IMG/VR virus record: IMGVR_UViG_3300017912_003721
Coordinates: 1-40,337 of that record
Reading direction: 5' to 3' (one strand)
Origin: a virus
Lineage: Duplodnaviria > Caudoviricetes
Length of the DNA: 40,337 nucleotides
The notes beneath the pieces were generated by a model that saw only the letters and a program-made list of their open reading frames with translations, ran no database searches and had not been told where the DNA came from. Shown one piece after another: positions 18,339-26,353 of the stretch (the stretch's first letter is position 1; each line of letters starts with the position of its first letter). Made by a program: the position numbers and the translations under genes.

Positions 18339-19696
18339 GTAACCTTCTTCAACTTAGGTAGTTTGATTTTTGCCGATGGTTTATTATTTTTTGTCTTCGT
18401 TAACTTAGGTAATTTTAGTGATACTGGTTTTGGTGTTTCAGGAATTTGTGAAATAACATTATCCAACATCTTATTGAATTCTTTTTTCATAGTATCAAGA
18501 GAATGTTTTTTACGATTTGTCATTCCTAATATTTTAGCCTGATGTTTTAGTTTCTTATGATTCTTCTTGAAAAATCTAAGTTTTCTTATAATATCACCTT
18601 CATCAGCACAAAACCATTTACTTGGTTCTACTAAAATTGGTTTCCATATCATACTCTTTGGCACTGGTTTTAATTCACCCTCAATCAAAGTAGATTGTTT
18701 TGGATTCAAGAAGTCCATCTGACCACTCCAACCTGTAGCAATAACTGGTAAGTCACAACATGTAGCTTCAGCCAATGGTCGTCCAAAACCCTCACCATGT
18801 GTACAACTCAACATAGCTTTGACCTTGGGTAAGTTATACAACAGAGCCATTTGTTCTAATGTCAAATCACCATGTAGTAAATAAATATTAGGTAAGGAGT
18901 CAGCGGATTTAAACTTATCCTTTTCCTTCTGTATCTTTTTTATCACATCATCTTTATCCAAATGTGAGAAGTCAGCACCATTGGTTTTCAATAACAATGC
19001 TGGTGGATTTGGTTGATTAGCAAATGCCTGTAGAAAACATTTTATCATTACAGCTATATTTTTTCTATCTTCACCGTACTTCCCTTTACCCCACTGACCT
19101 ACATGAAGAAATACAAATGATTCATCAATCATATCATAGATTTCTTTTTTAAACGGATCATCACTTTTACCGGCATCTTTAATGGGTTTGTATATAGTAG
19201 TATCAATTCCCTCAGATAAAACCCCCATAGGTGAAGTAAGTTTTACTTGACCAACAACTTGATTCTGACCGTTTACCTCTTTAGTTTGATCATAAGCACA
19301 TCTATGAAAATTAGCCGCAGTAAACTTAGAGGTAGCGAGATTTAAATTCATCTGATTACAACCCATGAGAAACTCAGGTGAAACCACATCAGTTTCTACA
19401 CCAGCAGTTATCCCAATATTAAATTTTGCTGGAGTTTGAAACTCATTTGGTATTCTTATATCAATATAGATATCAGGTTGTTGAATATTTTGACCATCAG
19501 TGAACGTATCTAACAACTTCTTATGTTTTGGTATTTTGGGATCAAGATGATTTCGTGGAGTCTCACCCCAACGAACATCAACACATTTAATTTCAAAATC
19601 TTCTCTATCCATTATTGAATAAAAGATAGAACGAGCATGATCTCCATAACCACTACGGGTATTAAACGGAGCACACATCAATACTTGTTTCTTCAT
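18335..19696 (-). CDS. glycosyltransferase family 4 (GT-B)
   Basis: SGYG, FLHVGQW, RKNI, HGEGFGRPLAEA...PVIATGWSG. Confidence 0.9.
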   Translation of the reverse strand: MKKQVLMCAPFNTRSGYGDHARSIFYSIMDREDFEIKCVDVRWGETPRNHLDPKIPKHKKLLDTFTDGQNIQQPDIYIDIRIPNEFQTPAKFNIGITAGVETDVVSPEFLMGCNQMNLNLATSKFTAANFHRCAYDQTKEVNGQNQVVGQVKLTSPMGVLSEGIDTTIYKPIKDAGKSDDPFKKEIYDMIDESFVFLHVGQWGKGKYGEDRKNIAVMIKCFLQAFANQPNPPALLLKTNGADFSHLDKDDVIKKIQKEKDKFKSADSLPNIYLLHGDLTLEQMALLYNLPKVKAMLSCTHGEGFGRPLAEATCCDLPVIATGWSGQMDFLNPKQSTLIEGELKPVPKSMIWKPILVEPSKWFCADEGDIIRKLRFFKKNHKKLKHQAKILGMTNRKKHSLDTMKKEFNKMLDNVISQIPETPKPVSLKLPKLTKTKNNKPSAKIKLPKLKKVT

Positions 19697-21060
19697 ACTT
19701 TCTCCATAGTGTAACGAATTCTAGGTTTCCAATTATCAAAAGCACCATTCATAGATTTGATAAAGTTCTCACCCATAGCAGTTGCTGTCATTTGATTTTC
19801 TCTACAGAACTTAGTACCAAGAGCACCAAGTCGTTTTCTTTCTTCTCTACCCATGTCATAAAACTCTCTGAGATTTACAGCCACATCTTCAGGATTACAT
19901 CTATCGTCCCAAATATATGGAGTTGGTGGTGAACCTTGTAGAGATATTGACGCTGGATAAACAGGTTTTACCCACTCTCCATGAGTCTTATACTTACCTC
20001 TGTGATTACTACCTAATTCAATATAATCCTCTGCTGTTAATAGGTTTCCTTCATCATCTCTCAAACCACATTGGTCTTGTAATCCACCAGTCATATTTAC
20101 AATGATTGGTGTTCCAACTGTGAGTGCTTCACAACTACCCAATCCAAATCCTTCGTTACTAGCCATGTTAACATAAACATCAGCAGAGTTAAACAATAGA
20201 TTCATTAACTTGTCATCAAATGGTTGTCCATTGTTTATCGTATATGTAAAGGCCACATTATAGTCTGGCATCAGATGTCTACACACTCGTGGTAAATCAG
20301 TTCCGTTGGGATCACTTGGAGCACAATGAAATATCAATACACAATCATCTCTTTCTTCTTCTGGCAAAGCATCTACGAAATACTTGTATGCCAACACTAC
20401 ATCACCAGGCATTTTTCTACGAATGTTTCTATTACTATACAGAACTCTAAACTTCTTGTTAGCAAATCCAAATTTATCATTAAATGCTAACATATCAGTA
20501 TCAGTGTCTTCTACTTTTTTAAACCTACGTTGTGAAATTCCATGTGGTACATAAGTTGTTTGCCAATCTTCGTAATCAGGTAATAATCTGTTATTTATAC
20601 CATAGGTTTGTTTTGATATTGACATTAATAAATCAGAACTTCTGTAGTATAATTCATTGTATTGTGGATCTGGTAAATCATCCCATATATTGTAATAGAA
20701 TATCGGAATATCCCTACGAATCTCTGCTTCCATTTTGTATAACCAAATCCAAAATCTAGGATCAGTATAGTGAAGTATAGCATCAGGTTTTTCTACCTTC
20801 ATAATCTCTCTTAGTAAAGGACCATCACCATAACCATCAGTTGGATATACTTTTAAATAACCATTTTTAATTCCATAATCTTCCAAACCTGCAGACATAT
20901 CAAAAACCTTACCTTTATCAGGATGTTTGATAGCCCCAGCAATCTGAACCCAATCGTATTCATTGAGTGTTTCCATCACGATATCCTTAGACACTTTGGC
21001 AATCCCACTGTGCATTCTCAGATCATCAGATAGTAATAATATTTTCTTTTTCTTACTCAT
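19693..21060 (-). CDS. glycosyltransferase family 4 (GT-B)
   Basis: KILLLSDD...SGIA, NRNIRRK, SNEGFGLGSCEA...GTPII. Confidence 0.9.
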   Translation of the reverse strand: MSKKKKILLLSDDLRMHSGIAKVSKDIVMETLNEYDWVQIAGAIKHPDKGKVFDMSAGLEDYGIKNGYLKVYPTDGYGDGPLLREIMKVEKPDAILHYTDPRFWIWLYKMEAEIRRDIPIFYYNIWDDLPDPQYNELYYRSSDLLMSISKQTYGINNRLLPDYEDWQTTYVPHGISQRRFKKVEDTDTDMLAFNDKFGFANKKFRVLYSNRNIRRKMPGDVVLAYKYFVDALPEEERDDCVLIFHCAPSDPNGTDLPRVCRHLMPDYNVAFTYTINNGQPFDDKLMNLLFNSADVYVNMASNEGFGLGSCEALTVGTPIIVNMTGGLQDQCGLRDDEGNLLTAEDYIELGSNHRGKYKTHGEWVKPVYPASISLQGSPPTPYIWDDRCNPEDVAVNLREFYDMGREERKRLGALGTKFCRENQMTATAMGENFIKSMNGAFDNWKPRIRYTMEKV

Positions 21061-21078
21061 ATAACCATTTACCTTTTA

Positions 21079-21294
21079 TTACAGAATTTCTTTTTCTTTG
21101 AAATACTTTCTCAGCACTTCAAGTCGATCTTCAAACTCAGCTATCTTCCCCAACTCCTTATCTATTGTTTCAATATGGTCGGAATGTTCGGCAACACCAA
21201 CTGCAGCGCTTGCATGTATTTTAACATTAGCAACATGTTTATCTATGTTACCTTGTAAATAACTTTCCAATGCTTTGTATAATAAACTTCTCAA
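21079..21294 (-). CDS. hypothetical protein
   Basis: 71-aa ORF containing VGVAEHSD, a type common in marine phages; TTGA start/stop overlap. Confidence 0.7.
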   Translation of the reverse strand: MRSLLYKALESYLQGNIDKHVANVKIHASAAVGVAEHSDHIETIDKELGKIAEFEDRLEVLRKYFKEKEIL

Positions 21295-21488
21295 AATTGA
21301 CTCCCACTCAAATGTAATTTATCATATGTTTCGATTGACTCTTTGATCTCTTCATCATTTAGATATTGATGAATTGCTCTGTTTACTAGTTTTTGTAAAT
21401 TCATATTTGAATTCACTGTTTTTATTTTGAAATTATTATAAAGACTTTCTATAATCTTCACCGATGTTAGTTTTATTTGTTTCTTCAT
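21291..21488 (-). CDS. small basic protein, possible ribbon-helix-helix regulator
   Basis: LTSVKI strand followed by two helices (ESLYNNFK, LQKLVNRAIHQYL). Confidence 0.55.
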   Translation of the reverse strand: MKKQIKLTSVKIIESLYNNFKIKTVNSNMNLQKLVNRAIHQYLNDEEIKESIETYDKLHLSGSQF

Positions 21489-21508
21489 ATATACATAAAT
21501 ATATATAT

Positions 21509-21925
21509 CTAATCTATAACGATGGTTTTTTTTCCAAACTTTTTAGCATATTCGATTGTCGATTTGGCATGTAGTGATTTATCACCTCTAGGAATAAATG
21601 CCACTAAATATTTGGAGTAAGCAGCTACTATTTTATTTCTCGCAAAATAGTTTTTAGCATTATATGGTTTACCATAATCACTTTTATTCTTAGGACAGTA
21701 AATATTCCAATTCTCATGAAATGGTGGAAACTCTTGATATTGTAATCCAAACTCTAAAGTATATTTTTTAACATACTTACCAGCTCCATTCTTACTACCA
21801 TTACCAACCACCACAGTGTCAATACCCTTTTCATTCTTTAGTTTGAATATAAAGTCTTTTATCTTCTTTCGGTTCTCGTATTTACGACTACCGACAATCC
21901 CTACTCTTAAAGGATTTTCCCCCAT
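21509..21925 (-). CDS. SLOG-family (DUF2493/YspA-like) protein
   Basis: VGIVGSR, G...GA, RNKIVA, LVAF, STIEYAKK.GK. Confidence 0.75.
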   Translation of the reverse strand: MGENPLRVGIVGSRKYENRKKIKDFIFKLKNEKGIDTVVVGNGSKNGAGKYVKKYTLEFGLQYQEFPPFHENWNIYCPKNKSDYGKPYNAKNYFARNKIVAAYSKYLVAFIPRGDKSLHAKSTIEYAKKFGKKTIVID

Positions 21926-22770
21926 TTACAATGCTCCGTATCATAGAACTCACAGAATTTACAAGCACTGCCTGGTGAGGCGTTGTATTCTCTATCGGTT
22001 CTATAGTTCCCCTTTGAATCAAATATAAGTTCACGAAACTCATTGAAAGCTTTGTTCACTTTATTAAGAGTAACACTACCATGAGCAGGCTCAAATCTTT
22101 GTAACCTACTGATAGGCCAATCACTCTTCTTTGGTACTTTACGTTTTAGTATTAGGAACTCAACAGATATCTTATCCAATGGAACACCAAACTTCTCAGA
22201 GTATTTTTGTTTATACAATATCAACTGAGATGTTTTGTAGAAGTTCTTTTTGTGATAATCTGTCCAGCTACGGGTTGAAGTTTTAAGGTCAATTATTTTT
22301 ATGTTATCATTTATCTTGTTCTTGATCACTACATCTAAAAAGGATTTGAACTGAACACCCTCTTGTGGTTGATCAAATATAGGAAGTTCAATACCAACTA
22401 ACTCATAGTTCTTCTTCATGAAATACTTAGCACGATCTTTCTTGAATCCTTCGATTATTGCCACACCATCTTCATAAAACTCTGTTAGTTCTTTTTGATC
22501 ACACACATCTACTTTATGTTGTTCACGAATCTGTGTAAACTCTTTGATCATCTCTTCTTTCAACATCGTGACTAAATCCATAGAGTCTGCTGATTTGATT
22601 GACTTGTTATAAAATTCAGTTAGATATGCCTGTATCGTAGTGTGCATAGCAGTTCCAAATACAGTGTGAATACTACCACTGAATTTACTGAGTTTATCTA
22701 TATAACGAAGTTTCCACTTTAGGTTACATTCGTTATAGGCACTGAACTGTGAATGTGATATTGACTTCAT
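21907..22770 (-). CDS. Cas4/AddB-like PD-(D/E)xK exonuclease with a probable 4Fe-4S cluster
   Basis: ISHSQ...EC, GTAMH, FLDVV, IIDLKT, QLILY, CKFC...C; start reassigned to ATG 22770 (ATGA overlap with the clpP-like stop). Confidence 0.85.
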   Translation of the reverse strand: MKSISHSQFSAYNECNLKWKLRYIDKLSKFSGSIHTVFGTAMHTTIQAYLTEFYNKSIKSADSMDLVTMLKEEMIKEFTQIREQHKVDVCDQKELTEFYEDGVAIIEGFKKDRAKYFMKKNYELVGIELPIFDQPQEGVQFKSFLDVVIKNKINDNIKIIDLKTSTRSWTDYHKKNFYKTSQLILYKQKYSEKFGVPLDKISVEFLILKRKVPKKSDWPISRLQRFEPAHGSVTLNKVNKAFNEFRELIFDSKGNYRTDREYNASPGSACKFCEFYDTEHCKWGKIL

Positions 22771-23366
22771 ACTATCTCGTCTATCATCCCATACTCTAAA
22801 CAAGTCTTGGCATCCCACATCAAGTCGTGTTTCAATATCTCATCTAATTTCTTCATAGGTAGTTTAGTGTATTTTTTATAAATGTCTTTTATTGTTTTCA
22901 TCATTAAGTCTAAGTTTTTCTTCTCATCCTCAAAGTTACTGTATGTTCCCCAAAAGGTGCTTGATAACTGATGAACCAACATATATGAATTTCTACTCAT
23001 GTATCTTTTCTCACCGACCACAGTTAAAAATGTAGCGGCACTGGCAGAAAATCCATCGACATAAGTTTCAATTGGAACTTGACATCTTAGCATTGTATCC
23101 ATAGAAGCAATACCACTCACGATAGTTCCACCACCTGAATTAATAAACACCTTTATTGATGGTGGTAATATACCAAGAGTATTTGACAAAGTCAAGCTTT
23201 TTGCTTCTAATTCACTAATTTTTTTATTCAACTCAACACAAGAGTTTCTGTTGACACCAGAGTAAAAGTATATTCGATTGTCTTGAACTGATATGTGTTT
23301 TTCAGTTGCTTGATTTCCAGCCTTTCTCGGTGCTTTTTCTTTCTTTGCTCCCCAATGTGTATTCAC
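22767..23366 (-). CDS. clpP: ClpP-family serine protease
   Basis: INSGGG, GFSASAA (Ser), MLVHQ (His), HDLMWDA (Asp), GMIDEI. Confidence 0.85.
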   Translation of the reverse strand: MNTHWGAKKEKAPRKAGNQATEKHISVQDNRIYFYSGVNRNSCVELNKKISELEAKSLTLSNTLGILPPSIKVFINSGGGTIVSGIASMDTMLRCQVPIETYVDGFSASAATFLTVVGEKRYMSRNSYMLVHQLSSTFWGTYSNFEDEKKNLDLMMKTIKDIYKKYTKLPMKKLDEILKHDLMWDAKTCLEYGMIDEIV

Positions 23367-23719
23367 TATTTACCCCACTTTCCACGACCAACGATTGTAG
23401 CCATGATTCCATAATTACTAACATCTAAATAAGCATCTTCTAATGGCTCATCCTTTACAGCAGAATCTCTACCTGTCATCAACAAGGTCTTTACCCTTTG
23501 TAGTTTATCATTCATTCTGAACCAAAGACCTGTAAGAGATAACTTAATCTCTTCGGCATTTTTCAATTGAGTTCCAACTGAAATATTACCAGGACCATAA
23601 TCATGTTGTTTATGTAGAAACAACTCGTACTGTTCTCTTTGTAACTTTCTAAATTCTGCTGTCATTACTGGCCATTCCTTTTCCATTAATGTAACGACAT
23701 CCTTTGTTTTTTTACTCAT
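23366..23719 (-). CDS. DUF1599/nucleotide-modification-associated domain protein
   Basis: KQHDYGPGNI, RMNDKLQR, EPLEDAYLDVSNY; start reassigned to MSKKTK after GAGGTTAT. Confidence 0.75.
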   Translation of the reverse strand: MSKKTKDVVTLMEKEWPVMTAEFRKLQREQYELFLHKQHDYGPGNISVGTQLKNAEEIKLSLTGLWFRMNDKLQRVKTLLMTGRDSAVKDEPLEDAYLDVSNYGIMATIVGRGKWGK

Positions 23720-23726
23720 ATAACCT

Positions 23727-24059
23727 CTACTTTGATAATTGTAATATAACAATAATAATTGATAAAAACAAGCTTATTATTGTTTTTGTGTCTGGCAATT
23801 CATCCAATACAAACCAAGCTAATGTTCCAAATGTAATTGTAGCAACACTAAATCCTATCGGTCTGACATACCAATAATTGTTAAAATATTCATAATACCA
23901 TCTGGTTGAATAGAAAAACATATAGCTGACAGGTATTCCAGCTAAACCCACAACCCACCATTGTCTCATCCATTCATATTTGAACTGACCATTCATCTGC
24001 ATCCAAGCAATAATATTACCCACTACTGAAAACAAAAGTGCCATTAAAAATTTATTCAT
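23727..24059 (-). CDS. small 4-TM membrane protein (SMR/DMT-like)
   Basis: Four hydrophobic segments in 110 aa. Confidence 0.6.
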   Translation of the reverse strand: MNKFLMALLFSVVGNIIAWMQMNGQFKYEWMRQWWVVGLAGIPVSYMFFYSTRWYYEYFNNYWYVRPIGFSVATITFGTLAWFVLDELPDTKTIISLFLSIIIVILQLSK

Positions 24060-24472
24060 CTAACTAACTTCTTTATTTCTTTTTCAGTTTTACCAAACTC
24101 TCTTAGTAAGTCTTTCATACTATCCTTTGGTATCAATGGAATATACTCCGATGCCTGTAATCTACTGACCTCAAAATATTCAACTAAATAATCAATGATC
24201 TCTTTGTTAAACTTATCTTTCTTACCCTTAATATATTTTAAGTAAGTCTTTTTCTTTGGTAAGATACCACACCAAAACTGATATACAGCTTTGTGTGGCA
24301 TATCTTGAATACAGTAATTCTGCATATGATTTACCAAAGGTAAGAAATCCTTACCCATACTGAGATACCTTATCACCATAAAAGGTGAGAATGACTTCTT
24401 GTCGGCATCCGAGAAAGAATCCCAATCTCGTTTACCGACAAACAATTCATTTATCCATTTAAATAAGTTCAT
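24056..24472 (-). CDS. clamp-loader small subunit (gp62-like)
   Basis: FSPFMVIRYLSM, KKKTYLKY, YFEVSRLQASEY; located beside gp44- and gp45-like genes. Confidence 0.7.
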   Translation of the reverse strand: MNLFKWINELFVGKRDWDSFSDADKKSFSPFMVIRYLSMGKDFLPLVNHMQNYCIQDMPHKAVYQFWCGILPKKKTYLKYIKGKKDKFNKEIIDYLVEYFEVSRLQASEYIPLIPKDSMKDLLREFGKTEKEIKKLVR

Positions 24473-24710
24473 CTAGTTCCTTGGATAATGGTAAGATTGT
24501 ACCACAGTTTCCACAATTAAACACTTGAACTGGTGCAATCACCTCTTCACCAGTTGGTGACATAATCGCAGATATTTTTTTTATTACATATCCTTGAATA
24601 AATATGGTATTGTCACACTCAGCACATTTCATTGTTTCAGCACTTTTCAAATCAACCTCAACTTGTTTTTGTTTGGGTTGTGGTATTGGTTTTCGTGGTT
24701 TCATATTCAT
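24459..24710 (-). CDS. zinc-ribbon protein
   Basis: CAEC...CGNCG. Confidence 0.7.
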   Translation of the reverse strand: MNMKPRKPIPQPKQKQVEVDLKSAETMKCAECDNTIFIQGYVIKKISAIMSPTGEEVIAPVQVFNCGNCGTILPLSKELDELI

Positions 24711-25618
24711 TATATTCTCCCTAGAATGTTTGACACCGTAGCGATAAAGTTTATCTCTTTATCCACAACCAACACATCTTGATACGAACCTTTGGATATA
24801 TCAGCTATGATCTCTGGCATCTTATCTACACCAAAACTCTCAACCTCATCATATAGAAGTCGGTACAATTCGGTGTACTCTGTGAAATTACTATCCGCAA
24901 CCATTTTACGAATAGTACTTATACTCTCTCCATTTCTGATAGCATCAAGAAATTGAAGTTTGAACTCATTGTGAATCATCCCATCTTTATCCACACTCAG
25001 CTTTCCATTGATCGACATCCTCTGTAGTTCATTGATCACCTTACGAAGATCAGGATATCCAGCAGTTACCACTAAAGCCAGATCATCCAAGTCGAAAGAA
25101 ATATTCTCTTTCTCAAGGATAGTTTTAGCGTGAACAGCGACCTCTTTCTTCGATGGTGGTACAATCTTGTATGTCTGACATCTACTCTGTATCGGATCAA
25201 TGATCTTCTCCACATAGTTACATGTCAAAATAAATCGACAGTGAGCAGAAAAGGTCTCCATTAGATTTCTCAATGCTGGTTGAGCAGAATTGACATTTAG
25301 ATAATCAGCCTCATCTAATATCACAACCTTCATTGGTTTGAAACCAACAGAAGAAGCAAAGGTCTTTAGTTTGTCTCTGACGAGGTCAATATTCCTCTCA
25401 TCTGAAGCATTAATATACAGATAATCACACTCAGTATTATTAACAATAATTTTAGCAAGTGTGGTCTTTCCACCGCCAGCTCTGCCATAAAGTAATAAAT
25501 GTGGGATATTTCCATCATCTAAGAACCTCTCTACTTTAGTTTTTAGGTGTTCGTTACCGACATAAGTCGATAAGTCTTGTGGTCGGTAACGTTCCACCCA
25601 TAGTCCATGTGAACTCAT
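24710..25618 (-). CDS. clamp-loader AAA+ subunit (gp44/RFC-small-like)
   Basis: WVERYRP, GRAGGGKT, NASDE, ILDEAD, QSRC. Confidence 0.93.
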   Translation of the reverse strand: MSSHGLWVERYRPQDLSTYVGNEHLKTKVERFLDDGNIPHLLLYGRAGGGKTTLAKIIVNNTECDYLYINASDERNIDLVRDKLKTFASSVGFKPMKVVILDEADYLNVNSAQPALRNLMETFSAHCRFILTCNYVEKIIDPIQSRCQTYKIVPPSKKEVAVHAKTILEKENISFDLDDLALVVTAGYPDLRKVINELQRMSINGKLSVDKDGMIHNEFKLQFLDAIRNGESISTIRKMVADSNFTEYTELYRLLYDEVESFGVDKMPEIIADISKGSYQDVLVVDKEINFIATVSNILGRI

Positions 25619-25619
25619 A

Positions 25620-26336
25620 CTAATTACCTTGTTGTGCTACTAACCAATACTTTGCAACAAAGTCATCTACCTTAAACTCAACATGAGCAAGTCCATTAGT
25701 AGAGATTTGTAGTTCAGCTTTTGAACATTCTTTGTTAGCACTCAACACCTCTTTGAAAAGATCAGCATTGAAAGTAATTGGTTCAGTGATGGTGACAGCA
25801 CCACTCTGTGCCTTCAACGAGATACGATTTGAGTTCATATCAGAGTAACCAATGGTAAACTCAACACCACTATCAGATGGTTGAACTGTAAAATGTTCTA
25901 CATCAGATAGAGCACTTTTACTCTTAATAAATGAGTTGATGAACTGAGAATCAAGATTCACTAAAGTATCAAACTCAGGTAAAGTCTTTAGGTCTGGTAC
26001 ATCAGGTATCACACCAAGAGCAGCCAATACATAATCAACTGAAAGAACTTTGTCATAAAGATGAAAGTTCGTAGGTGTTCCATCTACTTCATTTACTTCA
26101 AACTCGATACTATCTGATAAAGTCCCTAACATCTTTGCTAGTTGGGCAGTATCATAAACACCGACTTCAAATACAGGCAAGGTTTGTTTTACTAATTCAA
26201 CATGTCCCAACAAAGACTTATCGCCTGATATAAATTTTGTTGAAAGTGTTGTCCCATCAGAAATCCACTTGACAGAATTTACATTCCCACCAAGATTATA
26301 TTTCTGTATGAAAGTGTCTAATGTTATTTTATTCAT
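25620..26336 (-). CDS. sliding clamp (gp45/PCNA-like)
   Basis: 238-aa acidic protein between the polymerase and the clamp loader; GVYD..QL and C-terminal YWLV patterns of gp45-like clamps. Confidence 0.75.
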   Translation of the reverse strand: MNKITLDTFIQKYNLGGNVNSVKWISDGTTLSTKFISGDKSLLGHVELVKQTLPVFEVGVYDTAQLAKMLGTLSDSIEFEVNEVDGTPTNFHLYDKVLSVDYVLAALGVIPDVPDLKTLPEFDTLVNLDSQFINSFIKSKSALSDVEHFTVQPSDSGVEFTIGYSDMNSNRISLKAQSGAVTITEPITFNADLFKEVLSANKECSKAELQISTNGLAHVEFKVDDFVAKYWLVAQQGN

Positions 26337-26353
26337 TATAACTCCAGGTTTAT

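Noticed and set aside
1453-21060. Bacterial chromosomal O-antigen or capsule locus
   Set aside because: No wzx, wzy, wzm, wzt or initiating transferase; it is interleaved with phage-type small ORFs and contiguous with a T4-like replisome.
21907-22770. CRISPR-Cas system suggested by the Cas4-like nuclease
   Set aside because: No repeat-spacer array or other cas genes were seen; solo Cas4-like nucleases are common in phages.
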